NCBI GenBank assembly: GCA_002633005.1
Contig: NMRA01000078.1
Span: 1-64,000, forward strand
DNA from: Phoronis australis
Lineage: Eukaryota; Animalia; Phoronida
DNA length: 64,000 nucleotides
Reading direction: 5' to 3'
In this document: piece after piece, positions 50,084 through 64,000 of the stretch
Layout of the letters: each line of letters starts with the position of its first letter
How positions within the stretch are numbered: the stretch's first letter is position 1
Translations under genes and position numbers: made by a program
Notes under the pieces: generated by a model
What the model was told of the DNA's origin: nothing
Database searches by the model: none
The model's input: the letters and a program-made list of their open reading frames with translations, nothing else

Positions 50084-53000
50084 GGGTTGTATCGCTGGGT
50101 TACATCAGGAAGACTGAATGCAGGGCTTGGAATGACCAATGAGAAAAAAGAGGAAAAAATCCAGGTGATGCATCATTCCACAAATAAATAGGCTTGTGTG
50201 AGTTTTTTGTGTTGTAAAATTTTACGGAAATAAAGTTTTTGCATGAATAAAAAAGAGTGCCGGAAACCAAAAAGAGGAAATCGAAATCAAAAAAGAGGAA
50301 ATCCTCTTAAAAGGGAAATTCCAAGCAATGAAGAAATGTGCAAGTTAAGCTTAAAGCTGAATTGATGTCACCATCTGCGTCGAAATTATCTTTCGAAATT
50401 CGGATGTAAACTGCACCAAAGGTTCAACTCATTATCAGCCTTGTCTGAAATAAGGTGATCTGATATTCTGATTGGTCCATTCAGAATCTGGGCAAAATTT
50501 TAGTAAGATACATGTGCATATGCTCATGTGACAATTTCATCGCTGAGCAAAGGTCAAGAGCTAGTCGGCGAAACTAATTGGAAAAACTCACTGACAAAAC
50601 GAAGCCTGGCACTCGGACAATTCGGCATCACTCAGTCACTATCAAACGGATCCGGTCCAAAATGTCGCCTTCATTGGTCGCACTCATAGATCCGAATTTG
50701 AAATTATTTTACGGCAATAGAGTTCGGACGCAAACGTTCAGTCGATTAATCCATGGGATACAACGGGTGAAACCAACTAGCCAACTCGCGACCTGCCTGA
50801 GTGGTTCCAGCTAGTAGGTGACACTCTAGCGGGACCTCGGTGGATCCTTGGGCATTCAAGTACTGAGCATTGTCCCCAGGCGGATAGTTGTCAGGCTTTG
50901 GCGTGTTACGGTGCTTTGGGCCACGTTTCGGTTTCAAATAACGGTGCATCTGTCGTCGCAGACACTCATTTGTTCTACCGAGTTGCCGATAACCAGACAG
51001 TTGAGTCATACTTAGTGCGCGAGTTGCGCCAACGGCAAAAAATACCCCACCACTATAAGCATATGCTGACGTGAGCGTCGTGTACTGGCTATAATACCAC
51101 GAATTTGGAAACATCACACATATCTCAGTTATTAAACATTGACATTGATCAACCTCGGTGTGGAAAACGGCCAGCACTGTGAAGTCATTGCTTTGTGAGC
51201 TAACGGGGATTATGACGTCATCCCCGTTGAAGGCTTTCATTTTGACGTCATTGCGATAATAATTTACGTAGTATAATAATTTGTGAAGAAAAAACTATTT
51301 TGCTTAGTCAAAAACCTTTAGACCTGTAACTTTTCTATACTGAGACCTCCCAAGATCACCAACATACTCTCGATTAGAAGGCACTGCCACAGGTCGAATC
51401 TACCTAGGCTAGGATAACGACCAACCTCCCTCCCGCCATATTTGTTTTGGTCTCGAAACGGCGAAGAAAGAAACGAAAGGAAGGTGACGAATTCAAACCA
51501 TTCAATCAACGTAGTCCCTGTAAACAAGCTCAGTACGACGCCAGTAACATCGTTATTGGACTGGGACATGAGGTAATAGCGAAATGGGCTCGAATGTCTT
51601 AAATTTAACAAATTTCATTTGCTTTTGTCAGTTCATGTTGGCACACGTCTCGACTCGGGTAACAGATGTCTCTGTGTGTTATTCACGAGTTGTCGTCAGA
51701 ACAAGCAGTCGTTCTTTTGGAGTGTTTCTATCATTTTTAATGTTAAATTTCTAGTTGAGTACTCGACAAAAATATAACAGTCACGCCGCTGTCTTAGACC
51801 ATCGCCTGTTCGCGGTAGGTCGAAGTAAAGTCTATGGTTACACTACTGAAACTTTTTCTTGAAAGAAGTAAACTTTTTAGCGGGAATATTCGAAGTGAAG
51901 TTAGTGTTTTTACAAAGTCTTTTGACATGGATCTGCAAAAGTTAGGTTGTCGAGTAATAGCTCTCTTGATCTGTTTAGTTTGGGGCTACAATATTTTTGT
52001 TTAATTTTAGCTTCCGTTTTATTTTATGTAACAAACTAGGAGGCTTGGCCATGTTGGTCAAGTCACTGACCGAGTTAACCAAGTCCAACAAGAATGAAAC
52101 TTTTGGCTCTGGTCGGATGTAGTGGTCCCTGATTTTGAGTACCAATTTCATCCACTGAATAACAGGCCCATTATTCAGTGATTGCCTGGTTCTCAAATTA
52201 AGGGACTGCTATATCTGACCAGTGCCAAACTGTTTGCACTGGCGTTGTATACTCAGAATGTGCAAGAGCCCACACAGATATAAATAAAAAAGTTAGCAGT
52301 ACTGAACCATCTCAACTGGTCCTAGTAGAAACTGTGGCCATCCCATAGGCCTTCTATACCCTGGAAGCTTTTTGATGAATGCCTCTGGGTCATGATGTCC
52401 TTGGCATGAACAAGGTAAAAAGTTTGTTTATGGGATTATTTATTTGATCAGGGAAGAGGTTAAAGACATCAACGGTCTTCTGTGTGCAAAACTTTGATTA
52501 TTTAATCAATGGAAGGTATAATTTTTTGAAAAGCTTCCGGCATATGGAGGGCCTGTAGGATGGCCATGGTCTCTACTGAGGCCAGTTGTGATGGTGGTAC
52601 TGCTTAAGACTTAGCCATCCCCCAGTCATCAACAACCTTTCCATGTTGCCTAGACAATGCAAGTACGACTCCAATTTCCTGTAACCCGTTGGCGGTGAAG
52701 ACTGCGGTCTTTTGATTATTGAATTAAATCACTTGCATAGCTGCATTGTTTACAATGAGCTCTTTCCTAATCTTTACGTTGATTGGCCTTTGCCATTGGT
52801 CTTGCATCAAACACTCATAGTTCAGGGTTTTGGAAGAGTTGCAAATGCCAAGGTCCAAGATGTAGTGATTCAAACTTATTGAACATCTACAGGGCTTTAA
52901 CAGATCATGATCACTCAAGGCAGCTGGTGGAAGCTGGACTCGATGTCATCGTGGCCTCTGTGTATTGGTGGTTGGTTATGCCTGAACGCATTCTTCTGAA

Positions 53001-56000
53001 AACTCAATGAAAAAAGCAGCTTCTCTTCCCTTATTGGCTATTTTCCATAGTCATACGTTGGTTTCGTCAAACTTGGTACTGCAAAAGTCACCTAGGGTGG
53101 TCTTACAAAAGATTGAAAGAACATTTATCATCGCTCCATTTCCTTTATACTGCAGAGGCTCTAAATTCAATTCCCACTGATTCTGCGAATTAGAAAGGCC
53201 GGGTAAATATTTGACAACAGGCAGTCTTGTTCACGGTGTGTTTTGTTTCGGTGCGTTGACGAAGTTGAATTTAGCCGCATCGCGTTTGGTTTCATTGCGT
53301 GAGGTTTGAATGATCGTGCGTTGACTTAAAGGAATTGTCGATAACGGTAGGATATAACATGCGCAGATTTTGAAAACCTGTTTTCTCCACTCAGTAACTG
53401 GTTCTCAAAATACAAGCATGTTATATCCATCTGTTGCTGTATTGCCTGTTGGAGTTTATTCAACAGTCATGCAACAAAGAAAGTCCGCAGGGCAACAAGT
53501 TTTGGTGCATTTCATGGATGAGTTCATACCCTTGATTTACAAAGGTTCTCCATTTTCAAGAATCTTCTTGAAACATTCAGACAGAGTTTCTTGATCAACA
53601 GCATCTTGTTCCCAAGTCTATAATATTATGGTGATGTGTAAGTTTGCCCTTTTTATCATGTAGAGTGAAATCACATGGACTTTGTCATAAGCTAAGTTTG
53701 TCCAAACATTTGAAGAGATTTACTATGCTGTACAAAGAAGAATATGTCACGGCTAATGTGCCATTTAGTAGGGTTAACTGTGATGATCTGTTTTCATTGA
53801 TACCTATAAAAAATTGTTTGGCGGTATGCCGATGAAGATGCCTCTAAAGTTAAATTCAATTTTTGAAACAGCTTTAAATAAAATTTCAATGACAAGCAAC
53901 AGTTTCCTGGCTGATTATTTCTCACATTGCAAAATTGCACCAGAGTAAAAAAGCCACATTTCTTGCAAAGTTTAAAAGGGTTGATTCTCTCTGTTGCCAA
54001 CAATCCATAATTAAAAATGAGACTGGATTGAAAAAAACAGACATCCAGATAGAAATCGGGGTCCAGATAGAAAGTGGGACACCTGGGTCTAAGCCAAAAA
54101 GAAAATGTGAAATGCCCTCCCTTACTCCTGAAAATGCCCCTGCAACATTTTTCGTTGGACTAAAAATTTACTGTTTCTCAATTTTGCCGTGCGTCAACAA
54201 GCGGGACATTTAAATGGTTGACTGGACGTGGGTCAAACCTATTAAAAGCGAGACAGTTGAAGACTTCAAGAGTGGTTATGTCAATGCCGTTGTTTTACCA
54301 GTAAAGGAAAAATCACACTTGTTTCATGTTAGCAGTCCTGGGTAGGGTAAGTATGGTCTTAAAAGGTTTGATTTATTCAATCGTCCTTTTGTTTAGTGAT
54401 ATCGATTGTTTGAAAATGTCTGCTGTTATTGTTCATCACATTGACAAATTTTCCCTATATTAAGTCGTATGCTGTCCATTTATATTTTAAGTATGATGTT
54501 CAGGAATATGCTAAACGACTTCCTTCAAACTGGTTTCAAAATTTTGTTTTGCCATCATAACAGTTTGTTGATAGCAGCCCAGTGTTGGCCAATTCTGTCA
54601 AAATGAACATCATTTTTATTATCTTTTTGCTCACTGGTGTCTGGGATTAGTCGTTTCTTATTGTAGTTTGGGAAATTTTGTGTGGCATATTAACCTGGTT
54701 TAAAATTTCCATTTAAATTAGTAATATGGACAAGTTCGTTTGAAGTTTTACATGATCTATTAAACACTTTTCATTTCTTGTAGTTTGGGAAGATCTCAAT
54801 CATTCAAGACTGGTGAGAGGTTTGTTTATTGTTTACAGGAAACTTGTGGTTTGTTTGTATTAATATGACATGAACATCCTTTGTGCATTCCAATGCCAAA
54901 ATGTTGGTTGTTTTGTTTTCCCTCTTCCATGCCATACTCTGCTCAGGCCTCCATCTAGCGCCCATCCAGAGCATCTAAATGGACACTACTGACTCGAGTT
55001 AAGACACGCTAGTTGGGACAACTTGTTCAGCATTTTGACGTCCAAGTAAAGTACGCAAGTAGGCTGTGGGTGTCTTTTTTACTTTCTGACAACAGCTCAT
55101 GGAGCTCATTGACCTGTCCACAATAAAAAGTCAACATGTGATGTAAGATATGGTAATAAACATTGCACACCAATGTACCCACTGTAACCTACCACTCTAT
55201 ATAAACAGCAATTCCACCTGGGGTCATAAAACGTCATGTGTCATTGGTCATGGACACCTTGAGAAATTGGAAAACTCACTTTGGACACCCTATTTTTGAA
55301 ATCTTGGATGAACTGAACTCTGCTACGCTTTTTATTATCTGCTCTTGTCAAGAACACTGTATTAATACTGTTAAAATGCATTTATTCTTTTGTTGTTCTG
55401 TGTTTTGGTTGGTTTCCAGGTTACCAAAAATAAGGACTAGAGCTGAAACCAGTTCGATGTAACCATGAAATAAAACAAGCCTGGAGATTGCTCAGTTGAC
55501 TCAAGAAAGATTGGAGGATTGGCAAGATGTGCAACTTTGGAAAGTAGATTCAACAAGTGATGAAAGAGCAACTGGTGAAAACTGTTGCCAAATTCCTCTT
55601 GTGTTGCTGAGGAAGACTGTTATTTGTGTCAAGTTTTGCTGTTGATTTAGTATTTTTAAATAAGCAGGTCACCAATTACTTGAAGAAATATTGTGCAATT
55701 TAACTTTGGTTGGTGTGCAAAGGGGTTGAACTCTTAACAAAAGGAAATATAAAGGAAAATGCAGATAATTTTGTAGGGGAGAGCACTTACCTTTTGCAAA
55801 AGTACAGGCCCTTTGTTATATTTATGAGGTCTTTGTCAGTTATAGTTCCCTTGGCATGGAACCATGGAATGTAATGCCAACAGTCCAGCAAAAGGCCAGC
55901 ATCTTGGTTCAGTGTTAACTTCTATTTAGTATGCACAGTGGACACATACCGAGTAGGCCATTGTATTTGCTGAGTGAAAGTGAATACAAACTCGAGATGT

Positions 56001-59000
56001 GGATGTTTCGCTTGGTGGTGCAGGTCGCTTATTGTTCCATGAAAAGTTAATACGAACCAGGGTAACAGTAAGCAATGCGGAAAATATATCCTAGCTAACC
56101 AGAATCTGTATTTTTTCTAAACATTCTACTTTTAGAGCTTTTCTGACGTATTATTGTATCACCCTGGCGTCCGTCTGACGTTAGCTTGTAATGGCTCCAG
56201 CTCCTGAAATTTTGAGAGGGTTTTAGTTAAATTTGTCCTGTGCCTTTAGGTTACTGCCAAGTCAGTTCCTGTATTCTGTATTCTGAAACAAAAACTAGCT
56301 CTTTATTGCCTTGATTATGTGAGAGCTTGTCATTGCACTAAGTTCTGTTATTTTGAATCGATTTTGGTCAAATTTGCATTGTACACGCATAATGCTGATA
56401 GCTTAACAATTTTGAAATTTGGTATCTTAGCAAAAATTATGTCCTTTATTGGATTTTTGTGTTTAAGCCTGCCATTGTAACAGCTATTGAATCTGTATAT
56501 TGCTGATAGCTCTCCCCTCCCCTTTCGAAAGTTTACAGTTGTCCAACAAAAGTTATGCCCTGCATTGGCTTTATTGCAGTGTTTAATCACTAGCAACTGT
56601 TCAGGAATTATAAATAAAGTTCACCCATTACTTATGTAATACCACATCATGTGGTATTACATACGAGACATGTGACATGTCTCGTGTGTTTGTAGAAATT
56701 GAGCATGATTTTATAGTTATTGTGTAATGAATTTTCTACTTCAGTGTGTGTGTGTGTATGTGTGAAGATTATTATTGCCTTTATTGTGGGTTATATTCTG
56801 CAAGCTTCTCACTTGGTAGTAAATTTTGTTTAGTGCCTACTCTCATCTTTATTTTAGTGACATGTCAATCTTCAATATGTGTGTTATCAAGTATATTATT
56901 GTGCAGGAATATTTGTATGCTCACATTTGTATACATCTAACTTAACTTGCATTTATCTCTATCTTGAACAGTAACATCTGTGAATTTGGTTGTTACAGTA
57001 TATTAAGAGCATCGCCCTGAGTCCACCTGTGCGAAAAGTTGCCATTCTCACCACGAGAATAATCTTTTAATTCAAACAGCTGCGAACAACACCAGTACAT
57101 AATGGGGTTTTATTTAGACCCCTATTCAGTACAAATGCTACCGGCCTTTTGTTGTTTGTGCTGAGTTCTCATGGTGATGCAATACAGCACGAATATACAA
57201 CTTCACCTTTCATTTGACGGGTGTACCTTTGAGTGATTAAATTGGATTTTTTTTATTTTGCCTAAGATTTGCTATGACTCCCTGGTCAATCCAATACATT
57301 TAAAATAAAACTGTGTTCAAAGTAGGCCTCAAAGTAATGTGTGCTCTCAGATTGGCCCATCCCAATCCATGCACGGGGTGTAGACAATGGGGCCCCATTG
57401 ACATATACTTTTACTTTCTCAGAAGGGGTTTAATGTTGATGTCATGTTTGTCTCCAGTTGAATTTAAAATGGTCTCAAGATTGCCGTCACTTGCATTGAG
57501 CTTTTTTAAAACTCAAGTTTTGTTTTTTTATCACCAGCCATGAAATTTCTCGTTGATTAAAGATAGCCACTCAAATTGTATGTGAAGTTTGATTATGTAA
57601 GATATGGTGTACAGCACGTGTTATTTGTCAGCTATTTGTGACTTTGTGTTGACAAAAGATTTCATGGTACTTTAAATTCATTTAGACGATGATTTGTAAC
57701 ACTGCTGGTTGGTCAGGAGCATGACAGATCAACACATTTGTGTACGGGTTGGTGAATTGGTTATTTAGAGTTTCTGCATTTACTATTTGACGAGATGTTG
57801 TTTTTGTATTACATCCTCGATTTTGGGTTCGAATATCGGCCCTATTCTCCAAAAATAATGAATGTTGTAAAATTCTCCTCATCCCCGAAAATTTCTCTCA
57901 AGTTAAGAATCACTTGAAACTCACCGAGGCCTTGACTTTTGAAGTTTATGTTGTCTGCGACAATCATCACTTAAGCCATGCTTTTCCGATGTTAATTTCC
58001 TCGAATAGTGAACAGAATCTGGATTAGTAGATTACTAAAGAGTGATCACATTGTATTGAGCAGAAGGGCTATTATTTGAGGCCTGATTTCACAACTTGAC
58101 TATACTGTTACAAAAGTGATACGTAAACAAGGAGTTTGTAATGTCACTCCTCGAAACCAGGACAAAGCAGATTTGATTGCATAACAAAAAAATGACATTT
58201 GAGACCAAAATAAATATGCGTGTTGTATTTTGTTACTCGTGATGGTCTGTATTGTTGAATCAATTTTGTTCAAATCTCATGTGAAACCGTTCCTGACCTT
58301 AAAATACAGATAAGATAGGCTTGGACCATTTGACATAATCAGCGCACGCTGCTCTGTACAGGTCATCTACCACCTTAATGTTTCTCGGTCCTCTATCACA
58401 TTTTAGCCTCACACATGTTGTCTTGCTGAAAAGCTTGAAGTTCTTGCACTGACTTTTTGTGTCGCAGCTAATCTTGATTGATTTTATTACCACTATTTTC
58501 ACCATGAAGTTGAAACGTTGCTGTTTGAAGAATGGCTAGTTCAGAGCTCTTCATGAACTTTCAGGAAGCCGGTACTGTGTCAGTACCCTTCAACACTTTC
58601 TGTCATAGTAAATAAAACATCGTTATCACTGTGACCCGTTTCGTGTTTACGGGCATTTGTATAACCGGGTCACGAAACCCAGATCTAATTGGCTCACTAG
58701 ATACTTCAAATAAACTTGGTTCTGTTAGCAACAGGTAATATCAGCAACACCGTTATTACAGTGCAGATCGGACCAGATAAAACGTCTCCCACTCTTCTAA
58801 CATCCGTTACTAGTTAATGACGTTGACATGATTCGTGATAGCGCGTAGTCCTAACGTTGATAACCAAGTCGTAAGAGGTGCACAGTTAATCCTAAAATTT
58901 TCGTACATATTTAGGTACCTGTTGTTAGTACAAGTGCGTCTTAAACCCCATTTCACTGAAACATAAATTTGAACTTTTATTAAGGCAGTTTGTGTCTATA

Positions 59001-62000
59001 CAAGTAAACATTTTGTGGTCTGTAGCATAGTCGATATTACAAATCAATAGCCCACAGTATTTGTTGTGTTAAGTTGACCTGTTGTTTGATTGCATACAGT
59101 TATAACGCGTGAAACCGGTTGTATAAGAATCACGTGACGCTTCCAAATTACTGATAACGTTGCATGCGTTTTATTGCTTCCCATACATGGTATGTTTCTC
59201 AACAACAACGACTCCTTTGTGGCTCAGAAGGATAAATTTATCGTTAGTTAATCTCACTAGAGATTGGTGCACACATATACACAGTGCTTTAAACTTAGTC
59301 AACATTGCCGATCGATATAAGGGTTTACTGTGTCGATCTTGTTCTTGGTAGTACACAGATATTACATTCTGTGCCCGTATTCACGCCTCTGCGCTTATTT
59401 ACGAAATTACACCTACATCCAGGCGCATGTACCTACATCCAACGCGTTTAACTAAAATATAGAGACACAACTTTAAGGTAGCATTTCAGTGAAACTAGAA
59501 TTATCCGTTGCAAAAGACTTGACGTTACTTTTACACCAAAGATTAAGGATATCTCGAACTTTATTTGCAAGAATTGGTCATCTTTACAATATTTCACATA
59601 TGTCTAGAAAAAACTTATCTTCATTCTCGCGAAACTTCAAATACGAAATATATACCATCTAGTGGAAAAACAAAGACTTAGCAGAACCACTTTGGAACCG
59701 CACAACCGTTTGTTTACAACTTATGCAAGGTAAAAGGTTACAGTGCTGTCACTCAAATCTTATCTCCCGTCAGGCACAGGGCAGCTCCGTATGTACCCTC
59801 AGTCCTTTCATTCAGCGAGTTGCCATAATATTGAGTCAACGAGGTGTAGGTATTATAGAAAGATGCCGGGGAAAACAAAGACAAAACGTGCGTTTAATTC
59901 TGAAGTTATGCGTCTTCATACATACGACCTTTGAGAACGAATGCTCCGAGTCGCCATACGCCCCTGTGACTTAGTGCTCACTAACGCAGCAACTTGTTAA
60001 AAAAAGATAAATGGCTCCCCAAAATTCATTAAATTGATCGGTAATTTGACATTTCGCTGTTTCGATACCGTCCTCACGACACGCTTTAATCACCGACTCC
60101 ATGTTCATTTCGTACTCGGTTTCTTGAGTCATTCTCCCTGGCGTGTGTTTACAATGACTGTTGACTCCACTTTCTGATTGAGATAACACTTGGTACAGGA
60201 AACTCCACCAACAAAATTAAAACGGTTTAGTTGTTAAGTTTATTACGCACTGCAAATTCCATAGACAGTGCGAGTGAATGTTGAAATAGCGAACATGGTT
60301 AAGGCATGTATAGGTTATGTTGACCGAATACAAGTTTTCACCGAATAATTAACCGAAGATCATGAGCATGTCACGTGTCCCAACTTAATCGACTTTTTTC
60401 TCGGCTTCGGCAAGTCTATTTAATTTGAACTTTGGAACACGAGTTCTCGAAAAGTTCTCCATGAAACTTTCCAAACTTAATATTTATTCATCAATCTCCA
60501 AAACGCTTTTCGGATGTTCGATATAAAGGCCTTGTTTTTGCGTAATGTAACGAAGACGAATATGACTATTTTTTACAATACCTTACGTTCTGGGAGTTGA
60601 TTTGTCATAGAAACAATAGTAAAAGGGCAATCAAAAATTCCTAGCAGCGTTTTTTAGGTAACTGGTGAAGTTTTCATTTGTTTCATTGCTGTTAAAGTGT
60701 CTTTCTTAGGAATAAAATTTGAGAAAGTGCTAATGATATCAATGGCACATAAATATAAGATAAATTTTCATAATCCTTGATTTTTCCTTCAGAAAATATG
60801 GACTATTGTATGTTGACAAGGCATGGCTTTTTATATACGATTTAGAATGGAGGGCACTAAATAATGTTTGAGATACCCTTATCATGTCCATGAATATTTG
60901 ATCTATAGAGACGCAAAAACGACTAATGAACACAGGTACACATGGAAAGTACTACATTTTGAGCGTAGAAATGGAGCTTTAGCGCTTGCACCAATATTGC
61001 GGGAGATGCATTAATCCGGTGAGAAAATGGGAGAGGACAAGGGGGATGGGGACAGAGAGAATTGTCATTGATGTAGAGCCATAATAAACAAATGCATTTC
61101 TGCTAAAGTGGTTCTAGGTGGCTCCTGGAAGGCATTAAACCACCAATCAGAAGCCACCAAGACATTCCAAAATTGATAAGTACAAAACCAATTAAATTGC
61201 ATATGATCGTAACTCAAAATTATGAATTACGAAATTAGCTGTATGATAACAAATGAGTGAAAAAACGAGGCATTGGCATTTGAGAAAAATTTCAAAAGCA
61301 TCAAGCAGATTTCGAATGTTTTGGAGATGGCACAAATGGAAACGATAAGTAAAGCTCGTCAAATGTGTGACGTGTTAAGTACATTACTTTTAATAAACAT
61401 TTGCAACACAATCCAAAGCGAGAAATTGACAAGAGAAAGATTAACACGTAGTTGATATACTCAATTTACATACATACATGGATGTGTATATATGCAGACT
61501 TAAAAAGGTAATCGGAACAGATGTATTAAAAAATTTCCTATTTTGCATTATTCAGAAGAATTGTCTAACATGAATGGTTTAAATGCTTTCGAAAATACTT
61601 CTCTTGACTGATTGAATTTTGATTATGTTGTTGCATGAACCCATGTTCGCGTGGAAGGAACGTACCTGAAATTCCACCCTAATAAGTTGTTAGTCACTCC
61701 AGTAATATATCAGAGATAATTTTTATGTTAACGTACTTCCTTCTGTTCATTTTTACACGTTTCCAGAACGCCTATTAAAATTCTACAGATCTATGTTCTT
61801 GCAGCGTTTCCGTGTCCTCTAATACGGTCTGCCTTGCCAAGGATTATTCCACATGTTTACTCGTCCTTTACAGTAAGAGTTTAAAACAGTTCATAATAAA
61901 AGAGGATTAATCCCATGCTGTTCATTAGTGCATAACGTTTTGAAATGTTATTAACATACTGCTGGCTGAACCATAAGCAACATTTCCACCTGGTTTGTAT

Positions 62001-64000
62001 TTGCTTTCAATATTACTGTTCAGTAGTGTTCAAGGGTATTGGCCCTGTGTGCTGTTGCTGCAAAATCCATGAGGATTAGAACTGATAATACTGTTGTCAG
62101 TATTTTCACTTGGCGTGCAAAATTTGCTGCCCCCCGGGATTGGAGCGGAAATTCGATTACGTCACATTCCTTGTATCTTCCCGAAGTAACATGGCAATGT
62201 CTTGTTCACATGTACTAACTCATTAGATTAGCGGCAAATTTCAATGTAGTAGCGTAGATTACGTATTAAAGTCTGAAGATATTTCTACAGCACCTATATG
62301 AACCAAGCAAATTAGTGTTTTTTTAACCATGTATTTTCTAAACCAGTTATATGCAGAATTTAGATTGGACCAAAAATCATTTCTTACTTGGATTGTTGGA
62401 CAATCGGTATTGCCGACCAGTATTATATAAATTTAGTTAGTTGACGACGCCTTGATTGCAGAGTGCAGACAGAATGCGTACATACATATAAACAAACATA
62501 CATGCTTACTTAAACCCAGCCGTTAACGGCCCACAAGTCACTTCAGAATAATGGATTTGGCTGGTTATTTCGTTTTAGTTTCGTTCCCAGGACCCCCTTG
62601 GTCTGAGGAAAATGTATTGCAGGTTGGAACTCATAAAGCATTCGTCTCGGACTTTCTAACGCAGTCGGTATAAGCGATCAATAAAGAGATATATAAATTT
62701 CTTATGTGACCTGTTTCTTGACTGCAGACCGTCTCAAAACGTATGCGAAGTAACCCTATATAAGCCCACCAGTCACTTCGGGGTATGAGTCATATGCTGG
62801 GTATATCTCACTCATCATTACAGCAGCCTGTTTCGAAGTATTAGGCGTTGGATATTTTTATGGAATGTGTTAATCCCAAGGCTAAAAAAACACTTGTTTT
62901 CAATTGTGTCACAAACTCGTCAGACTTAGCAATTCGTCGCTTAAAATTGCCCACTGTGTTGCTGCATCGGGAAGTTCTGCGGTGCTATGTTTGATACACT
63001 CGGCCAGATGAGCAAACGCGAATCCCAGCTCTGCATTTGAAATTACTGATTTGAAGCAGCGTGCCTTTGTCGTGTAGACTGTCGTGTACTGTCCTGTCTT
63101 CTCTATAAAGATTCAGAACTTACAAAATTATTGACGATGTGCCTATAATGTACAGAAAATACTTGTGACCGCTGAGTCACTGATGTCATTGACTCTGCAA
63201 GCTTAATCTTGTGACCATCATTTTCTGCCGAAATACTGATTGTACAAGCTCTCTGAAAATCGTGGCCATGACTTTCTGCCGTATTCGGTGTAGATGGCAA
63301 AGGATAGCTGGGCTCCATGTGAAATAACTTGATAGCCCTACGTTTCTGTGCCGTACCGCATTATCGGCATAACTAAACCCAGACACAACGCGCTTTCTGT
63401 CTTATCAATATGAGCAATATTGGTTTCTCGCTTAAACGAGGCCGTTGAATGTCCTGTTTGTCTGTCGTTAGTTCAAACCGGTGGGCGCCGGCTTTGTACT
63501 GGTTATACTACTGTACAATATTAAACGCTTAATATTGGCTTCGGCAACTATATCTGTTGTCAGTCGCATTTAATGTCTTCAATTGCGAATGCCACATATT
63601 AAAGCAGCGACTGGTTTTATTGACACACTGCTGCCGCTAAGTATGCGTTTTAGATCGAGTGCGTACGGGCTGTGTTAGTGTCTGACGTATGCCTATATAA
63701 AACTCATCGGTTGCTTAGACTACTTGCATTCTTTTATGTCGGCAATTTAACAGCACTGTTGATATCGTGACAATGGACCATTAATTTCAGTGGGAATGCA
63801 ATGAACATGACTTCAGTTTTGAGTGCGTTCGTCGACAAGCTCTTTGAATTGTATGCGTCCAAGGTTGAAAATTACCAATAATTGTCCTTTCTCAGGGTGT
63901 TTCATTACTGTTTTTAATATTGATCGATATTCGGGTAGTGACGTGAAGTTCTTAGTTATTTGGAGGAAATTGCTGGAAAGATTAATTGTTGATTCTGCCT

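Noticed and set aside
50746-51240. 164-aa minus-strand ORF
   Set aside because: No recognisable domain or splice support; likely chance or repeat-derived

Overview
AT-rich, intron-containing animal genomic DNA (most likely a bilaterian invertebrate) from a draft assembly, with gaps at 3754-3807, 21672-21768, 33217-34134, 36509-36524, 38343-38398 and 46781-47424. The first 18 kb hold two + strand spliced genes. Five internal exons of pelota (PELO, 1-3079) stop at ...RAFYG with no C-terminal exons visible. The 3' nine exons of an SFMBT1/2-type Polycomb gene (MBT3-MBT4-SLED-SAM, 7194-17951) have no MBT1-2 exons visible. Between them lie a MITE inserted into a tRNA-SINE and a 1.9-kb Helentron-associated (HINE/DINE-like) element whose internal ~150-bp satellite carries 12 co-oriented CTCF-consensus motifs. 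SFMBT introns contain a decayed LINE 3' end and an element with inverted tRNA-like arms and a 15-bp TSD. After a 1.45-kb tandem (probably allelic) duplication and a promoter-like segment, the remaining ~42 kb shows no recognisable host exons. It is a patchwork of DNA-transposon relics (THAP-bearing Kolobok-like and ISL2EU-like), MITEs, a perfect 45-bp hairpin and microsatellites. All calls are by eye, without database searches.
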